A DNA stretch of 57,495 nucleotides. Source: Ktedonobacteria bacterium. GTDB taxonomy: Bacteria; Chloroflexota; Ktedonobacteria; Ktedonobacterales; JACDGC01. A program made the translations under genes and the position numbers. The stretch lies in the NCBI GenBank assembly GCA_027459525.1, contig DAIDIC010000070.1, forward strand, positions 1 to 57,495, written 5' to 3'. This document shows, one piece after another, positions 18,730-27,154 of the stretch (position 1 is its first letter; every line of letters starts with the position of its first letter). A model generated the notes under the pieces. That model saw only the letters and a program-made list of their open reading frames with translations, was not told the DNA's origin and made no database searches.

Positions 18730-20366
18730 ATCACCTGCGCAATTACGACAGTTACATTATCTTCACCGCCGAATTCTTTAGCCACTTCAACAAATTTTTG
18801 CGCCAGCGCTGCCGGCCCCAAATGGCCGAATCGCAGCAATGTTTCAGTAATTTCCGGATTGCGAATCATCTCCCACAAGCCGTCGGAACACAACAAAAAA
18901 ATATCTTGCTTTTGCGCTGTCAGCGGAAAAACATCCACTTCCACATCTTCAATTTCTCCCATACTGCGGTATACTTTGCTGCGCTGCGGATGGGTATAAA
19001 TTTCTTCGGGACGGATCATTTTTGCTAAAACAAGCCGAGCTACTAATGAATGGTCTTTGGTTATTTGGGTAAGTTGTCCATCACGAAGCAGATATGTTCG
19101 GCTGTCTCCCACATTGGCGGCGCATACTTCGGAGCCATACGCCAGCAAAGCAGTTACAGTGCAGCCCATATCGCCGCCTTCTTGGGTGTTTAGGCGGACC
19201 AAATCGGCGTTTGCTTTGCGGATGGCTTCGCTCAGCGTATCGCCAAGCTGGTTGGCGGTATATTGAATTCCTGTTGGGCGTGTTAATGATTGTTTTACAA
19301 TTTTATCAATTACGGTTGTCGCAATAGATTGCGCAGTAAACCTGCCTGCTCGTTGCCCGTCATCATGGCCGCCCAGTCCGTCGCACACAAGGCATAGGGT
19401 TAATTGCTGCGCTGTCGATTCGCCGCCAACCATCAATGAAAAAATGAGCGCGCTGTCTTCATTTGGCTTATCTCGCCGCAAAATGCCTCTATCGCTGCTG
19501 ACAGAGCATAAAAATTGGATATTTGTGTCGTCGGATTCGGGATATTGCTCAAAAATCATCGTTTCTACAGTGGGCATATCATTAGCGTTCCAAACCCGCT
19601 GCGGTGTGTTTTCGCGCGGCGCCGCTGTAGAATCGGTGTTTTCTGCCGAGAAATTTTCCTGAATGGCTCCGGTTAATTCAAATTGAGTAAACTCCATTGT
19701 TGGCGCATCGGTAAATTGATCTTCCTGAGAAGACGCGCTCTGCTCATGTTCTGATGATGTGTTATTGCTTTCAGATTGTTCGCTTACAATTGGCAAAGCG
19801 TTTGTTTCATAGCCAATTTCCTGAAAATCAGGTTTTTCGTGATAAACCAGCCAATCACCGGTTTGGTCGAAGATAACGGTGTCGGCTTCTCCGGCTAAGT
19901 CGGAGATATAGGCGTGCAACCATATTTCTTGGCCAAAGCGCTGCGCGCCGCAATCAGGACAAAATTGATCGTCTCCGGCGGTCCATTCGGTCTGGCAAGA
20001 CCAGCATGTTGCGCCATCAAACATATCTTGCGCGGCGTAAACGGCGCCATAGTCATTTGTTCCCACAACGCCCAAAATTTTAAAGCGATTGGCAATAACC
20101 TTTCCTTGCGCCTGCTCGGCAATTTCTGGCGAGGGGCTTTCCGTATTGAATTTTTGCGCAGGGACGTCTTGCGGCGGCGTATCGATTTCAGGCTGCGCCA
20201 GCGGCAATGAATCGGCTGGCTCCGTTTTTTTGTCTGATCCGGCGCGCTCTGCGAGTATCTTTTTAAGCGCGGCGCTTTCTTTTGGTTTTGTGGCAAAGGC
20301 GGCGCCGCACGAGCGGCATATCAGGTCGCCGGGGCGAGCGGAAGAGCCGCAGTGCAAACATTTCAT
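18726..20366 (-). CDS. PP2C (PPM) phosphatase fused to zinc ribbons and a vestigial kinase N-lobe
   Basis: N-terminal CLHC/CRSC; IANRFKILGVVGTNDYGAVYAAQD; CWSC/CPDC; acidic linker; PP2C motifs NEDS, CDGLGG, VGDSR, CSDGLW, GGEDN. Confidence 0.88.
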   Translation of the reverse strand: MKCLHCGSSARPGDLICRSCGAAFATKPKESAALKKILAERAGSDKKTEPADSLPLAQPEIDTPPQDVPAQKFNTESPSPEIAEQAQGKVIANRFKILGVVGTNDYGAVYAAQDMFDGATCWSCQTEWTAGDDQFCPDCGAQRFGQEIWLHAYISDLAGEADTVIFDQTGDWLVYHEKPDFQEIGYETNALPIVSEQSESNNTSSEHEQSASSQEDQFTDAPTMEFTQFELTGAIQENFSAENTDSTAAPRENTPQRVWNANDMPTVETMIFEQYPESDDTNIQFLCSVSSDRGILRRDKPNEDSALIFSLMVGGESTAQQLTLCLVCDGLGGHDDGQRAGRFTAQSIATTVIDKIVKQSLTRPTGIQYTANQLGDTLSEAIRKANADLVRLNTQEGGDMGCTVTALLAYGSEVCAANVGDSRTYLLRDGQLTQITKDHSLVARLVLAKMIRPEEIYTHPQRSKVYRSMGEIEDVEVDVFPLTAQKQDIFLLCSDGLWEMIRNPEITETLLRFGHLGPAALAQKFVEVAKEFGGEDNVTVVIAQVI

Positions 20367-20381
20367 AACAAATTAATTCCC

Positions 20382-21356
20382 CTATTTGCCGGCATTTGAT
20401 GTGTTTGCTGAAGTTTGGGATGCGTCTGGAGATTCCGCAGACACAGAGTTTTGTTCGCCGGTATCAGCGTCGGATATAGAATTGCGCAAAACCGCTGTTG
20501 AGTCGGCGGTAAAGGAACATCGGGCTATGGCAACGGTAATATTATCTTCCCCGCCATATTCGTTTGCTTTTTTGACGAGCGTGTCACACATATCCGGCAG
20601 ATACATCTCTGATTGCAGGATTTGCAGCAGCTCCGGTTCGCGCACTTTTTCCCACAAACCGTCGGAGCACAGCATAATCATAGCGCCGCTCTGTAAATCC
20701 AGCTCGAATATATCAACTTCCAAATTATGCTGCTCTTCGGCGCCTAAAGAGCGGTAAATTAAGTTGCGATTGGGGTGGCTATATACATCTTGTTGGGTAA
20801 TTTCTCCGGAATCCACCAAACGCGCAACCAATGAGTGGTCTTTTGTAACGGGACGCAGATCGCCGTTCATCAGAATATATGAGCGGCTGTCCCCGACATT
20901 GGCAAAATACGCGCGATTTCGGATAACAACGCATAAGGTAACGGTAGACCCCATACCACGCGATTCACGGTGCTGCTTGCCATAAGCTATAATTTCAGCG
21001 TGGGCGCGCTGCACGGCGTTATGAATAAATCCCGTAACAAAATCACTTTCGGCGGTTTCGGGCAGCACAATGGTTGATCGCTCATTAGGATCTTTATCGT
21101 TCAGCCGGATAGTTGGCTGATTGCTGGAAGTAATATGCTGCGTATCATTGAAGTTAAGCAGCGGCTCTAGCTCTGCGCGAATAGTTTCTACCGCGAGCGA
21201 GCTGGCCTTATCTCCGGCGCGGTATCCACCCATTCCGTCGGCGACAATAAGCAGCGCGACATCTTCATGAGCAATTTCAACAAATCCGGTGTCTTCATTC
21301 CGAACTCGCACTTTTCCTATATCAGATTTATAGGCTGCAGAGATATGACAGCGCAT
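20382..21356 (-). CDS. PP2C-family Ser/Thr phosphatase (Stp1/PstP-like, soluble)
   Basis: SDIGKVRVRNED, VADGMGG, GMGST, VGDSR, CSDGLW, GGEDN. GGAGGA RBS. Confidence 0.95.
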   Translation of the reverse strand: MRCHISAAYKSDIGKVRVRNEDTGFVEIAHEDVALLIVADGMGGYRAGDKASSLAVETIRAELEPLLNFNDTQHITSSNQPTIRLNDKDPNERSTIVLPETAESDFVTGFIHNAVQRAHAEIIAYGKQHRESRGMGSTVTLCVVIRNRAYFANVGDSRSYILMNGDLRPVTKDHSLVARLVDSGEITQQDVYSHPNRNLIYRSLGAEEQHNLEVDIFELDLQSGAMIMLCSDGLWEKVREPELLQILQSEMYLPDMCDTLVKKANEYGGEDNITVAIARCSFTADSTAVLRNSISDADTGEQNSVSAESPDASQTSANTSNAGK

Positions 21357-21524
21357 TGACAGCGATCCTCCTGCGATCTTTCAACACAACATGAAAAAGA
21401 TTTCTCTTGATTCCTTTAAGTATATCAAATCTGCGCCTGTGCGTCTATGCGACGAATGAGGTGGGAATAATTGGGCCATGTTGATAAGACTATAGATATG
21501 TGCCTGTTGTTTCTGGGTGCGCGC

Positions 21525-21917
21525 TTATCGAGAAGATGATGAAATATCACTGGCGTAAAAGGCGGTTTGAAAAACAGCAATAAGCGGAAAGATTGCCCCA
21601 CAGAATATATCAAAAATAAAAATCACTATGAAAACTGCTGTGGGAATCGTCATTGCAAATGATATACCATAAACGGCAAGAGAAAGCAATGCAATACCAA
21701 TAAGCCATTTTGACCACACTATGAATCGTTGTGCGCCAAAAACATTAATACGCTGCCATTCTTCCTCTGTTTTGGCTCCTACTCGGAATCCATACCATGC
21801 ATTCTTGTGGATTTTGCCACGAAGAAAAGGAATGCTGAATGCAATAAAAAATGCGCCTAAACACATATTTATGATTGCGATAATCACAACACCAGTGTTC
21901 ACGGTAGTATCCTCCAT
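21525..21917 (-). CDS. SdpI/YfhL-family small membrane (immunity-like) protein
   Basis: Three TM segments with KNAWYGFRV...EEWQRINVFGAQRF, resembling the SdpI N-x-x-YG-x-R...W-x-x-x-N motif. Confidence 0.72.
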   Translation of the reverse strand: MEDTTVNTGVVIIAIINMCLGAFFIAFSIPFLRGKIHKNAWYGFRVGAKTEEEWQRINVFGAQRFIVWSKWLIGIALLSLAVYGISFAMTIPTAVFIVIFIFDIFCGAIFPLIAVFQTAFYASDISSSSR

Positions 21918-22083
21918 AGAAAATTACATTGAATATTTGAGGAATTATATCTCGTATTTTTAAATCATAAATAATATAAAAAATTTTATAAAAAGTGATT
22001 GATATTATTGTATGCGATTTTTTATTAAAATAAATATTTAGAATACAATAAAATTTATATCAAAATAACTGTTTACTGAAAGT

Positions 22084-22112
22084 AATATATCATACAATTA
22101 TCTGCATGTCAA
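22084..22112 (-). promoter_or_regulatory. Strong sigma70 promoter for the SdpI-like gene
   Basis: Minus-strand TTGACA (22112-22107), 17 bp, TATATT with extended -10 TG. Confidence 0.6.
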
Positions 22113-22237
22113 GATATGTGATATGCGAGGAATGGCGATATAACCAAGCTATGTGATAGGTTATAGATATGCGAAATCATGAGATAAGTCGAAAACAGAT
22201 TTTGGCGCATATGAAAGAAGAAAGGAAAATTTAGGAG

Positions 22238-22414
22238 ATGACTACAGCCTTAAATTTAAGCATAGGTGGATTTGTACTTACAAGCATGCTTTTTATGCTT
22301 GGCGCCAGATCATTTGTATCTATGCGTATGAAGAAGTTACTTCGGACGGAAGCTATTTTTTTTCTTCTTTTTGCAATATTTTTTCTTTTGATGTTTTTTC
22401 TTAAGATTCCCTAG
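22238..22414 (+). CDS. Unannotated 58-aa two-helix hydrophobic peptide
   Basis: Hand translation MTTALNLSIGGFVLTSMLFMLGARSFVSMRMKKLLRTEAIFFLLFAIFFLLMFFLKIP*. Purine-rich AAAGGA/AGGAG upstream. Below the ORF-track cutoff. Confidence 0.45.
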   Translation: MTTALNLSIGGFVLTSMLFMLGARSFVSMRMKKLLRTEAIFFLLFAIFFLLMFFLKIP

Positions 22415-22461
22415 AGCGTGTTCAGAAAATTCTCAAAAGCCAATTGCTAAATTGATAAGAA

Positions 22462-22494
22462 AAGAAGCAGCGCAATCATTAAGCGCTGCTTCTT
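22462..22494 (-). terminator. Intrinsic terminator downstream of the tmk-like pair (possibly bidirectional)
   Basis: 12-bp perfect stem aagaagcagcgc/gcgctgcttctt with a T-rich tail on the minus strand. Confidence 0.75.
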
Positions 22495-22528
22495 GCCTCA
22501 ACTTCGCTTTTCGGAGGAATTTCACTAT

Positions 22529-23221
22529 TTACTCCAGCGGCAAAAGCGGCTCTATGCGTTTTTGCAATTCGGCTAAAACTTGCGGAACAGAGCGTGAAGC
22601 GTCGATAGTTTGGTAATGATATGTGTCTTTCATCTGCTCAAATTGTTTCAGCAGTTGTTTTTGATATTCCACAAAACTATCATATAAATCGTCACCCAAC
22701 CGCAAATCCATGCCCGATTCCCAATAATCAAATCCTCGCGGCACAATTCTTCTCACCAATGTGTGAATATCTACCTTTAAGTAAAATATTGCGTCGGGAA
22801 TAAGCGCCAGGCTGTATACACCTTCTATCCACTTGTGGTCAGCGCCGCGCACCGTTGCCCGAGCAATAAGCGAATATATATATCTGTCGGTTAAAACGAT
22901 AAAGCCTGCGCGCAGCGCCGGAATGATAATATTTTCCAGTCTATCAGCAAAATCGGTGGCGTAAAATAAATCCATCGTTAGCGGACCAAGTGTATGGCCG
23001 CGCTTGGCGTCATCAATCCCCTTGCCGACAAGCGGAGAACGTCGCAAACCTGTATCTACCACAGCAAATCCCGAACTTTCCAGCCATGGACGCAGCAAAG
23101 ATATTTGTGTGGATCGTCCGACGCCGTCGGTCCCTTCCAAAACAAACAGCCTGCCGGGAAGCAAATCTTCCGGAGCTTCAAAATCCATAGAATTGTGCCC
23201 ATAAAACTGCATTTTTGTCAT
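22529..23221 (-). CDS. Thymidylate-kinase-like protein with degenerate P-loop (second of tandem pair)
   Basis: LEGTDGVGRST (Lys replaced by Arg), ATDFADR, TDRY. 4-bp overlap with partner. Confidence 0.85.
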   Translation of the reverse strand: MTKMQFYGHNSMDFEAPEDLLPGRLFVLEGTDGVGRSTQISLLRPWLESSGFAVVDTGLRRSPLVGKGIDDAKRGHTLGPLTMDLFYATDFADRLENIIIPALRAGFIVLTDRYIYSLIARATVRGADHKWIEGVYSLALIPDAIFYLKVDIHTLVRRIVPRGFDYWESGMDLRLGDDLYDSFVEYQKQLLKQFEQMKDTYHYQTIDASRSVPQVLAELQKRIEPLLPLE

Positions 23222-23958
23222 AACGTTCTCTCCTTGCTGCGTCCGCGCTGAGAGCCGGCGCGCCCGGAAATAAAGCGTGAAGGCGCATTGCGGTACAACC
23301 CGGAAAGATGTGGCTCTACCAGTTCGCGCATCAGTCGCTGCTGGTCTTGAATCGGAGCCAGCGAATCCATAACCGTTAAATGATACGGCTCTATCATCGA
23401 TTCATATTCTTCCATAATTTTCTTCTGGAAGAGCTTAAAACTTTCTTTGGGGTCTGATGAAAGGCCTAAATCCATACCTGCTTCGTAATATTTCAGTTCA
23501 GCGCGGCCGCCAAGAATCCGGCTTAACGAAACATCCAGCGGTGTGCGGAAATAAAAAGCAATTGTTGGCTGCACCGCAAAATTATATAAGTTGTGTACCC
23601 ACTCGGTATTTACTCCGCGGGCGGCGTCACGGGCAAACGCCGTAAACACATACCTATCGGCTAAAACAATGGCGCCGGCTTTCAATGGCGGAATAATCCA
23701 TTTTTCTGTGCGGTCTGCAAAGTCGGTGGCGTGAATAAGGCTGAATGTTGTTGGCGTAAGCAAATGTTTTTTCTTGCCGCGCGAAGTAGTCTCTTTTACT
23801 AAGGGAGAAGAGTTCCATTCGCTGAAAAAAACTGTATATCCTTCATTAACCAGCCATTGCCGCAGCAAGGCAATTTGAGTGCTTTTCCCAGAGCCGTCTA
23901 CTCCCTCTACAACAAACAGTCTGCCGGGAAATTGAATTGGCGCAAATTGAAATCCCAT
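23218..23958 (-). CDS. Thymidylate-kinase-like protein with intact P-loop (first of tandem pair)
   Basis: VEGVDGSGKST, ATDFADR, ADRY, YEAGMDLGL. Confidence 0.88.
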   Translation of the reverse strand: MGFQFAPIQFPGRLFVVEGVDGSGKSTQIALLRQWLVNEGYTVFFSEWNSSPLVKETTSRGKKKHLLTPTTFSLIHATDFADRTEKWIIPPLKAGAIVLADRYVFTAFARDAARGVNTEWVHNLYNFAVQPTIAFYFRTPLDVSLSRILGGRAELKYYEAGMDLGLSSDPKESFKLFQKKIMEEYESMIEPYHLTVMDSLAPIQDQQRLMRELVEPHLSGLYRNAPSRFISGRAGSQRGRSKERTL

Positions 23959-23995
23959 ATAAAAATCACTTTATAAATCAGTAAGATATGTGGCG

Positions 23996-24964
23996 CTACA
24001 TATTCGGCGCGCGCGCAAAACGCGGATCCACCGGCTGAACATCTGAAGCAGGCAGCGGCTGATTAAATGCGGCCGCCGGTGTTGACACATCGGGCTGAAT
24101 TGCTGAAAGCTGTTTTGTTTCACAATGTTCTGTATAGTTTTCCTGCAACAGGCGTAAATCTGTTTCCATCTCTTTAGCGCGTTGATAGCGCTCTTGCGGC
24201 AGCCGCGCCATCGCCTTCAGAATAATCCGTTCGCATTCAATAGGGATATCCGGCTCCAGCACACTGGGAGGAACCGGCGCGCCCATATTTATGGCCTTGC
24301 TCATTTCTTGCAATGTGGCGCCGCGAAACGGTCGCATTCCGGTAATCATTTCATACAAACTTACACCCAGCGCATAAATATCTGCCCGACCGTCAATTTT
24401 TTCTCCGTGTAAATTTTCCGGCGGAACATAATATAAACTGCCTACAACCATTCCTGTGCGGGTTATCGTATACAAGCCATTAATACGCGCTAAACCAAAA
24501 TCCAGCAACCGGGCGTGCGACCACCTATCGACAATAATATTATCGGGTTTAATATCTCTGTGAATCAGGTGGCCTTCGCTATGAATATAATCCAGCGCAT
24601 CAGCTATCTGCGCGCCGATCTCAATCGTTCGCAGCGGATCAATCTTTTTTTGCTTCTTTAAGGTTTGCCCAACTGTTATTCCGGAGATGTATTCCATGAC
24701 ATAATATATCATTGAGCCATCTTGTCCAGCGTCGAACACACGAATAACATTCGGGTGTTTCATCTTCTGCAGCGCATCTGTTTCCCGATTGAAACGGGTA
24801 ATAAACGAATTATCAGAAGACAGCGCTGAAAGGAGAATTTTCATTGCAACAAACTGGTCGGGTTCATTTATCTTATGCGCTTTATATACAGCGCCCATCG
24901 AGCCTCGTCCGATTTCTTCATCAATAACATATCGTCCGATTTGGCGGCCAATCATGGTATCCAT
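23996..24964 (-). CDS. Soluble Hanks-type Ser/Thr protein kinase
   Basis: IGRGSMGAVY, VAMK, HRDIKPDN, DFG, YVPPE, DIYALG. No TM or PASTA domain. Start taken at MDTMIG. Confidence 0.95.
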   Translation of the reverse strand: MDTMIGRQIGRYVIDEEIGRGSMGAVYKAHKINEPDQFVAMKILLSALSSDNSFITRFNRETDALQKMKHPNVIRVFDAGQDGSMIYYVMEYISGITVGQTLKKQKKIDPLRTIEIGAQIADALDYIHSEGHLIHRDIKPDNIIVDRWSHARLLDFGLARINGLYTITRTGMVVGSLYYVPPENLHGEKIDGRADIYALGVSLYEMITGMRPFRGATLQEMSKAINMGAPVPPSVLEPDIPIECERIILKAMARLPQERYQRAKEMETDLRLLQENYTEHCETKQLSAIQPDVSTPAAAFNQPLPASDVQPVDPRFARAPNM

Positions 24965-25298
24965 GGCAATTCTCCGGCAGAACATATCTCCGGTAAAACT
25001 TGCGTACCCGGCGGCAAATAAAAGAAATCCATAGGCCCCGCCTTTTTACGGACGTTAGCCTCCACAGCTTCCTTTCTTGCCAGCGCTGTGTAAATGAATA
25101 ACCAATTGCACAGCTTATGCGCAAGCCTTACTGTATCATATGATCGGCAATACTTGATAAAAATTAAATAAAAACAAAAAGAGAGGATGAATTTCCTCTC
25201 CTTTATTATACCGTTTATACTGCATTCTGCAATAAGCATACTACTTATTCTTGGATATATTGCTTTCTGCGCTCCAAGCAAATCAGCCGCATAAAATC

Positions 25299-26297
25299 TT
25301 ATTGCTGTTGCGGCGCAATATTTATTGCGCGCAGTGAAAAGGGTTTGGGAGCTTCCCAAAGCGCCAGCGTCATGAGTATGATGAGCGGGCCGGTATTGGG
25401 ATCGGTAGACATTCCCGAGAATATCATGCCAAACGCTTCAAAAAATCCCCATATACCAATTGCGCAAATAAGCGATACCAGCAACGCGCTGTGCAACGAC
25501 TGAGGTTTGGCCAAAAGAATCCACACGCCCAGCGCTAAAAACAATAAAACAAGCAAGGCGTTAACAAGTCCTTCTGTCGGTTGTGTTATTGCCGCCACGC
25601 CGTGCAAAATAGGATCGAGCAGCGCGCCCTGGAGCGTTCCGGGATTATATAGTGTATTGACGGAATTAGAAATTTGCCCATATTGCCACCAATACGGCTG
25701 AAGCTGCAGTAAACCGGCAAAAATCCAAAATCCTCCCAACGCGCGGCGCAGAAACACTCTTTGCTGTAAAGAAACCGGCTGCTCATCTACCGTAGCATAA
25801 TGGATCTGTTCTTTATGTCGAAATACAATTGCAACTGCAATAATAACATATAGCAAAATGGAGCCGGGCGCGCCAACCAACGCGCTGGATTGCCCTGTAA
25901 GCAAGCCGCTCAGCCCTTCACCGGCATACCAAAGCGCAACTCCCCAAACAGCAGATAAAACAACTGTTTCGCGGATCCAGCGCCCGGTAAGCAGAGCAAC
26001 GCCAATACACGCCTGAACAATGGTAATACCCCAATTCAACGCAAAAATATGTGTGGAAGATACAACAACAATCCAACTTAAATTTGCCGCAATCGGCGCC
26101 GGTTGGTTCTGTATGATTGGCAGCAATGTGCCGTTTATCATATTCATAGTAAACATAGCCGGCTGTACCTGCAATAAAGCGTCTAACAGCCATAGCGCGC
26201 CGATAATTTGCAATATGGCTTTATCTGTAAGGAAGAGCGTTGGTAAAGAGCCTTTAACAGCTTTTGCTTTGATGGTTGGCTGCAGTTTGTTCTTCAT
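25299..26297 (-). CDS. Multi-pass membrane protein with internal duplication (DoxX-like, function unknown)
   Basis: Two homologous halves: GALWLLDALLQVQP / GGFWIFAGLLQLQP and WYAGEGLSGL / WGFFEAFGMI. Confidence 0.6.
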   Translation of the reverse strand: MKNKLQPTIKAKAVKGSLPTLFLTDKAILQIIGALWLLDALLQVQPAMFTMNMINGTLLPIIQNQPAPIAANLSWIVVVSSTHIFALNWGITIVQACIGVALLTGRWIRETVVLSAVWGVALWYAGEGLSGLLTGQSSALVGAPGSILLYVIIAVAIVFRHKEQIHYATVDEQPVSLQQRVFLRRALGGFWIFAGLLQLQPYWWQYGQISNSVNTLYNPGTLQGALLDPILHGVAAITQPTEGLVNALLVLLFLALGVWILLAKPQSLHSALLVSLICAIGIWGFFEAFGMIFSGMSTDPNTGPLIILMTLALWEAPKPFSLRAINIAPQQQ

Positions 26298-26331
26298 CGA
26301 AAAATATCTCTGTGCTGCATAAGATAAAACA

Positions 26332-26361
26332 CAGAGCCGATACATACCTTTACCGGCTCTG
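26332..26361 (-). terminator. Hairpin downstream of the lipoprotein gene
   Basis: cagagccg/cggctctg 8-bp stem followed by TGTTTT on the minus strand. Confidence 0.5.
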
Positions 26362-26433
26362 ATTGGTGTATTTTACTTATTATATCGCATAATGAGCAAC
26401 GTTGGTGTCAGGATTCTCCGAATATTTCTCCTA

Positions 26434-26976
26434 TTAGGAAATGGTAAAATCGGATGAATATGCGGTGATAACCATTTGCGCCACCATCCCAATTTGCGGA
26501 TTTGTGCCCATAAACGCTATACGATATGTTCCCGGCGCAAAATTTGCGGCGGTAATTGTAACAGTAATTGATTGCCCCGGCGTCATTTTCACAAATGTAG
26601 CATTTTTAGTGTCGGCGCAAGCGTTTACGCTTGAATCCTTCCATACGCCATTTACTTGTTCCTGCACTTGAGCAATGCTGCATCCGGTGTGCACCGGATA
26701 AGCGCCTAGCGTAATTTGCGATGTATTCGTAAATATCACTTGAATTGTGTCGGTTTGCGCATATTTAGCCGCGCCAACCGTTACTGTAACAGTAGGTTTA
26801 GCTATTGGCGCCGAGCTTTGCGATGGTGAAGTTGTCCCGCTGACCCCTACTGTTCCCTGTGTAACTTTACTGGCTCCGCCCGAGCTGCCGGCCTGATTTG
26901 AGTTTTGCGACGCGCCGCAGCCGGTTGCAGCTACAATGAGCAATAGAAACATTGATGGTATAAGATATTTTTTCAT
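26434..26976 (-). CDS. Lipoprotein with Ser/Gly linker and single Ig-like beta-sandwich
   Basis: MKKY...AATGC lipobox. Beta-rich C-terminus ending APGTYRIAF, with one Cys pair. Confidence 0.7.
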   Translation of the reverse strand: MKKYLIPSMFLLLIVAATGCGASQNSNQAGSSGGASKVTQGTVGVSGTTSPSQSSAPIAKPTVTVTVGAAKYAQTDTIQVIFTNTSQITLGAYPVHTGCSIAQVQEQVNGVWKDSSVNACADTKNATFVKMTPGQSITVTITAANFAPGTYRIAFMGTNPQIGMVAQMVITAYSSDFTIS

Positions 26977-27154
26977 AGTTCCGCCTCTTCATGTGCGCGT
27001 TAAATACGCATGTTTTTGCATTCAGCGCGGGGAAATTTTGCTGCAAATTACCCGCGTGGTTTATAAGCGCCGGCGCATATATGATGCCGAAACACCCGGC
27101 GCTTACCCTATTGCATTTCTAAGACGTAAACGCATTCATTTTGTTCCGAAACTA

